Assembly: GCA_903845465.1 (NCBI GenBank)
Contig: CAIMXQ010000084.1
Span: 1-51,644 of the forward strand
From: an uncultured Actinomycetes bacterium
Lineage (GTDB): Bacteria > Actinomycetota > Actinomycetes > Nanopelagicales > Nanopelagicaceae
Reading direction: 5' to 3'
DNA: 51,644 nt
The notes below the pieces were generated by a model. It worked only from the letters and a program-made list of their open reading frames with translations, did no database searches and was not told the DNA's origin. Position 1 is the first letter of the stretch. Every line of letters begins with the position of its first letter. Positions 47,715-51,644 of this stretch are shown here, one piece after another. Made by a program: the position numbers and the translations under genes.

Positions 47715-48815
47715 GTGAAATCTTCTCGCGCAATCCGGATAATTACATCACTCTCTGTGGGTGTTGTCCTTATTGCGTCGCTTGCGTGGGTCGGATTAGG
47801 CCAAGTAAGTGGTCAGATATCTCGTATCGATGTATTTGGTGCGCTTAAGAACCGTCCCCAAAAAACTTCGACAGCGCTTAACTATCTCGTTGTAGGTTCC
47901 GATAGCCGTGAAGGCCTCACTAAGGCGCAGCTTAAATTGCTTCGCGTTGGAAGCACTGCATCTGCAGCCGGTGGTCGATCAGACACAATGTTATTAGTTC
48001 ACATTAGCAAGAGCCGAGATTCAGCATATGTTGTATCTATTCCCCGTGACACATTGGTAACTATTCCAGCGCACAAAAGCATGGATGGAAAATTCGATAT
48101 TCCACCTACGCAAGGAAAGATGAATGCAGCATTCGCATTTGGTGGCGCTCCATTACTTATTCAAACAATCGAGGCAAAGACAAACCTCAAAATTGACCAC
48201 TACATAGAAGTCAGTTTCGCTGGCTTTACCGGCATCGTTGATGCACTTGGAGGAATACAGGTGTGTTCCAAGGTCGCAATTAATGATCCAAAGAGCCATC
48301 TCGTCATGAGCGCCGGGTCGCACATCCTCGATGGAATTGAAGCGCTCAAATATGTACGTACTCGAGATTTCGATGGTCGCGGTGATATTGGCCGTATGGA
48401 ACGACAGCAACAATTTATTAGTGCTGTAGTACGTAAGGCCAGCAGTAGTGGAATTTTACTCAACCCGCTGAAGCTAACGAATTTTTTCAATGCAACTATT
48501 TCAACTGTAAAGATGGACACTTCGGTAAATAAAGATGATCTCCTTACTTTGGCAAAGCAGATGAGAAATCTTTCTGCTGGAAATCTGCGCACATTAACTG
48601 TTCCGCTTTCTAATCCGAATGCAAGTTATCCAGGAGTAGGTTCGGTGGTTATTTGGGATCCAACTCTGGCTACAGACCTCTGGACGCGAATCCGCAACGA
48701 TGAGGCGCTCATAGAGACCATTAAGCCAACTGCAAAGGCCACCACCAAACCTGTGATGGTAGACAAATTTAAGACAAAAACTGGCGCTGAAAATCCGTGC
48801 GCGGCGGCAAAATAA
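47715..48815 (+). CDS. LCP-family glycopolymer transferase
   Basis: LVVGSDSR, RSDTMLLVH, SIPRD, YVRTR, GDIGRMERQQ. Start GTG 47715 after TACCCT-6nt. Confidence 0.93.
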   Translation: MKSSRAIRIITSLSVGVVLIASLAWVGLGQVSGQISRIDVFGALKNRPQKTSTALNYLVVGSDSREGLTKAQLKLLRVGSTASAAGGRSDTMLLVHISKSRDSAYVVSIPRDTLVTIPAHKSMDGKFDIPPTQGKMNAAFAFGGAPLLIQTIEAKTNLKIDHYIEVSFAGFTGIVDALGGIQVCSKVAINDPKSHLVMSAGSHILDGIEALKYVRTRDFDGRGDIGRMERQQQFISAVVRKASSSGILLNPLKLTNFFNATISTVKMDTSVNKDDLLTLAKQMRNLSAGNLRTLTVPLSNPNASYPGVGSVVIWDPTLATDLWTRIRNDEALIETIKPTAKATTKPVMVDKFKTKTGAENPCAAAK

Positions 48816-48879
48816 AAGCCACTTCTAAATACAGCTAGGAATTTAGATTTTCAATTAGCTCTGCAATACACTCACCAGT

Positions 48880-50190
48880 ATGACTTTGAAGCTTTCTGTC
48901 ATCGGTTGCGGCTACTTGGGTGCAACTCATGCAGCGTGTATGTCCTCACTAGGGTTTGACGTAGTTGGTATTGATACAGACCAGAGCAAAGTCGATCTCC
49001 TCTCAAAAGGTGAGCTGCCATTCTACGAACCAGGTTTGGATACTCTCCTTGCCGCTGAAATAAAGACGGGGCGCTTAACTTTCACCACAGATTTCTCAGC
49101 GGTCGCAGATGCTGATGTCCATTTCATCTGTGTCGGAACCCCGCAAAGTAAAGATGGACTCGCTGCAGATCTCACCTACGTGAAGGCATCTGTCACTGCG
49201 ATTGCACCACATTTGAAGGAAGGCTCACTTGTTGTTGGAAAATCAACAGTGCCGGTTGGAACTGCGCAACTTCTTAGGGATCAGCTTTCGGTAGCGGCAC
49301 CTCAAGCAGATCTTGCTTGGAATCCAGAGTTTCTGCGCGAAGGATTTGCAGTGGAAGATACACTCACTCCAAATCGTCTAGTTGTAGGTGTTGCAAATGA
49401 TCGAGCGGAAGAGATTCTTAAAGATCTATATAAGCCAATCATTGATTTAGGCACTCCTTGGATTCGTGCAGATCTTCCAACTGCTGAACTCGTAAAAGTG
49501 GCCGCTAACTCATTCCTAGCCACAAAGATTTCATTTATCAACGCTATGGCCGAAGTATGTGAAGCAGCTGGAGGCGATGTCACAGTACTTGCAAAAGCAA
49601 TTGGTTATGACCCACGTATCGGTAGCCGTTTCTTGCAAGCAGGTATCGGATTCGGTGGAGGTTGTCTTCCTAAAGATATCCGCGCATTTATGGCGCGTGC
49701 AGAAGAACTTGGTGCAGATCAAGCGCTCGAGTTCTTACGCGAAATCGATGCAATTAATATGCGCGCACGAAGCCGCGTTATTGATATTGTCCGTGCCGAC
49801 CTATCGGAAGATCTGACTCAATACAAGATTGCCGTACTTGGTGCCACATTTAAACCAGACAGTGATGATGTTCGCGACTCCCCTGCTCTCGATATCGCTG
49901 CACAACTTCAGGCAGCGGGTGCACAAGTTGTCGTACATGATCCAAAGGGCATCGAACCTGCACGTAAGCGCTTTCCAAATCTTGATTATCAAGAAAAGGT
50001 TGTCGATGCCGTTAAAGGTGCAGATGTAATCTTGCACTTAACTGAGTGGAAGGAATATCGAGAGCTCGATCCATCAGTTATTGGTCAGCTTGTAAAATCA
50101 AAGTTCATTATTGATGGTCGCAATATGTTAGACCGCAACAAGTGGCGCGCAGCTGGCTGGCGCTTTCATGCGCTAGGTAGAACTGATTAG
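48880..50190 (+). CDS. ugd: UDP-glucose 6-dehydrogenase
   Basis: GCGYLG, CVGTP, KSTVPVGT, NPEFLREG, GFGGGCLPKD, FKPDSDDVRDSP, DGRN. Confidence 0.96.
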   Translation: MTLKLSVIGCGYLGATHAACMSSLGFDVVGIDTDQSKVDLLSKGELPFYEPGLDTLLAAEIKTGRLTFTTDFSAVADADVHFICVGTPQSKDGLAADLTYVKASVTAIAPHLKEGSLVVGKSTVPVGTAQLLRDQLSVAAPQADLAWNPEFLREGFAVEDTLTPNRLVVGVANDRAEEILKDLYKPIIDLGTPWIRADLPTAELVKVAANSFLATKISFINAMAEVCEAAGGDVTVLAKAIGYDPRIGSRFLQAGIGFGGGCLPKDIRAFMARAEELGADQALEFLREIDAINMRARSRVIDIVRADLSEDLTQYKIAVLGATFKPDSDDVRDSPALDIAAQLQAAGAQVVVHDPKGIEPARKRFPNLDYQEKVVDAVKGADVILHLTEWKEYRELDPSVIGQLVKSKFIIDGRNMLDRNKWRAAGWRFHALGRTD

Positions 50191-50220
50191 GGTAGAACTG
50201 ATTAGGGTAGAACTGATTAA
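50176..50220. repeat. 3 x 15-bp tandem repeat GGTAGAACTGATTA(G/A)
   Basis: Copies at 50176-50190, 50191-50205 and 50206-50220. Confidence 0.95.
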
Positions 50221-50732
50221 AATCCAGTTTTAGTATTGCGACGGGCGCTCAATTGGGCGCCCTTTGCCTTTGCTTCATCTGTGAGCCCTGAGAGCTGAGA
50301 TTCAATCTTTTTAGTAATTGCCTCATCGGAAGATCCAATGATGCGCGCTGCAAGGATTCCTGCATTCTTAGCGTTATCAATTCCCACTGTTGCAACTGGA
50401 ATTCCACCAGGCATCTGCACAATAGAGAGAAGTGAATCCATTCCATCAAGGTTTTTGAGAGAAACTGGAACGCCGATAACTGGAAGGGTTGTAAGAGATG
50501 CAACCATCCCTGGAAGGTGAGCTGCTCCGCCTGCGCCCGCGATGATTACTTTATAACCTTTGCCTGCAGCGCTCTTTGCAAAATCGACCATCTCCTCTGG
50601 CATACGATGCGCCGAGACAACATCGGCACTGTAGCTAATTCCAAATGAATCAAGAGCTTTTGCCGCTTCTTCCATTACTGGCCAATCAGAATCTGAGCCC
50701 ATGATGATTGCTACATCTTTACGATCACTCAT
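50217..50732 (-). CDS. purE: N5-CAIR mutase
   Basis: [35 protein letters not shown]. Confidence 0.98.
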   Translation of the reverse strand: MSDRKDVAIIMGSDSDWPVMEEAAKALDSFGISYSADVVSAHRMPEEMVDFAKSAAGKGYKVIIAGAGGAAHLPGMVASLTTLPVIGVPVSLKNLDGMDSLLSIVQMPGGIPVATVGIDNAKNAGILAARIIGSSDEAITKKIESQLSGLTDEAKAKGAQLSARRNTKTGF

Positions 50733-51644
50733 CGATAGCTCCGCTCATATAGTCACGTGCATGCTGCACATCAGTAGTTAATTGTAGAAGGTCTGAACCG
50801 ACTGCGGTGACATGGCCAATCTTGCGTCCAGCGCGTACTTCCTTCTTGTACTGGTGGAATTTCAGGTCTGGGTTTCGAGCCATCAGGTGGAGATAAGGTC
50901 GATACATATCAGTCTTCTCGCCACCCAAGATATTTCCCATAACTGCAAAGTCTGTGGTCATCGAAGGATCACCGAGCGGTAGATCAAGAATTGCGCGCAA
51001 GTGTTGTTCGAACTGGCTTGTGCGCGAACCATCGATAGTCCAGTGACCAGAATTATGAGGGCGCATTGCAAGTTCGTTGATATAGAGATGCTCGCCCTTC
51101 ACAAACATTTCAACGGCCATGACACCAACAACGCCAACTTCTTGTGCAATATCGAGAGCAAGTTTCTGTGCTTTTTCGGCAAGTTCTGCAGAGATGCTCT
51201 GCGCTGGAGAAATAGTAAGTGTGCAGATTCCATCTTCTTGTACGGTCTCTGTCGGCGCCCAAGACATTGCTTGTCCATGCGGTGAACGTGCAATCATGAC
51301 CGCAATCTCGGAATCAAATGAGATGAGCTCCTCTATGAGGAGGCGAGGCGTTGACTTCAATACCTCTGTTAGTTCATCTTGAGAATTAATCTTCCAGACA
51401 CCGCGACCGTCGTAGCCGCCAGAAATTGCCTTAGCAATGAGTGGGTAGCGCTCGATGTCAGCAGTTGATGTCGCAATCTTCCAGTTAGGTGCTGGAAATG
51501 AAGACAATTTCTGGCGCATCTCGGCCTTATCTTCTGAAAAGACAAATGCAGATGAAGGCGGATACACCTTAATACCTGCTGCTTCAAGCCCTTTAATTAC
51601 TGAAAGCGGTACAAGTTCATGTTCGAATGTAATGACATCACAGG
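50725..51644 (-). CDS. purK: N5-CAIR synthetase (5' end outside the window)
   Basis: TFEHE at the window edge, [33 protein letters not shown]. Confidence 0.96.
   Translation of the reverse strand, partial: CDVITFEHELVPLSVIKGLEAAGIKVYPPSSAFVFSEDKAEMRQKLSSFPAPNWKIATSTADIERYPLIAKAISGGYDGRGVWKINSQDELTEVLKSTPRLLIEELISFDSEIAVMIARSPHGQAMSWAPTETVQEDGICTLTISPAQSISAELAEKAQKLALDIAQEVGVVGVMAVEMFVKGEHLYINELAMRPHNSGHWTIDGSRTSQFEQHLRAILDLPLGDPSMTTDFAVMGNILGGEKTDMYRPYLHLMARNPDLKFHQYKKEVRAGRKIGHVTAVGSDLLQLTTDVQHARDYMSGAIDE

Noticed and set aside
48824-48851. Terminator after LCP (TCTAAAT-N10-ATTTAGA-TTTT)
   Set aside because: All-AT-rich stem with a long loop; too weak to call.
43858-50190. Horizontally acquired surface-polysaccharide island
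   Set aside because: Genes are typical actinobacterial cell-wall components next to purE/purK, with no mobility genes and no obvious composition shift by eye.
50176-50220. CRISPR array
   Set aside because: Repeats are 15 bp, directly tandem, with no spacers and no cas genes.

Overview
Core-chromosome window from a streamlined, moderate-GC actinobacterium. Gene content, very short spacers and composition suggest a freshwater acI / 'Ca. Nanopelagicales' (Planktophila-like) organism; this is inferred, not tested. It holds about 58 tightly packed CDSs and one tRNA-Arg(CCG). Contents, left to right: a PhoP-like two-component system, metB/malY, alkA, msrA, whiB1-pdtaS, secA-comF-mtrBA-ahcY-pmm, whiB2-manC, dapC-fdxA-cysS-mshB-moeZ, a DEAD-box helicase, mgtE-like/mrp/tatB/htrA, pepA, dapD, cell-wall glycopolymer genes (SpoIID, wzt/wzm, GT2, LCP, ugd) and purE/purK. 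I saw no mobile element, CRISPR array or defence island, and no clear-cut new multi-gene system. The most unusual signals are: (1) a CysRS carrying an extra N-terminal SH3-like domain, apparently taken from the GNAT gene normally at this locus; (2) pepA apparently starting at ATT, in frame just after the DUF3117 amber stop; (3) a short, cyanobacterial/archaeal-type AhcY at the ancestral locus, with a structured leader bearing repeated AGCC loops; (4) pervasive leaderless promoters (-10 hexamer 6-7 nt before the start codon of more than 20 genes); (5) a PhoP-type box before an unknown secreted protein; (6) a hairpin covering the comF start; (7) a stand-alone sigma region-4 protein where sigE/rseA are missing; (8) a 3x15-bp tandem repeat. 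Family and synteny comparisons are from memory and were not searched.
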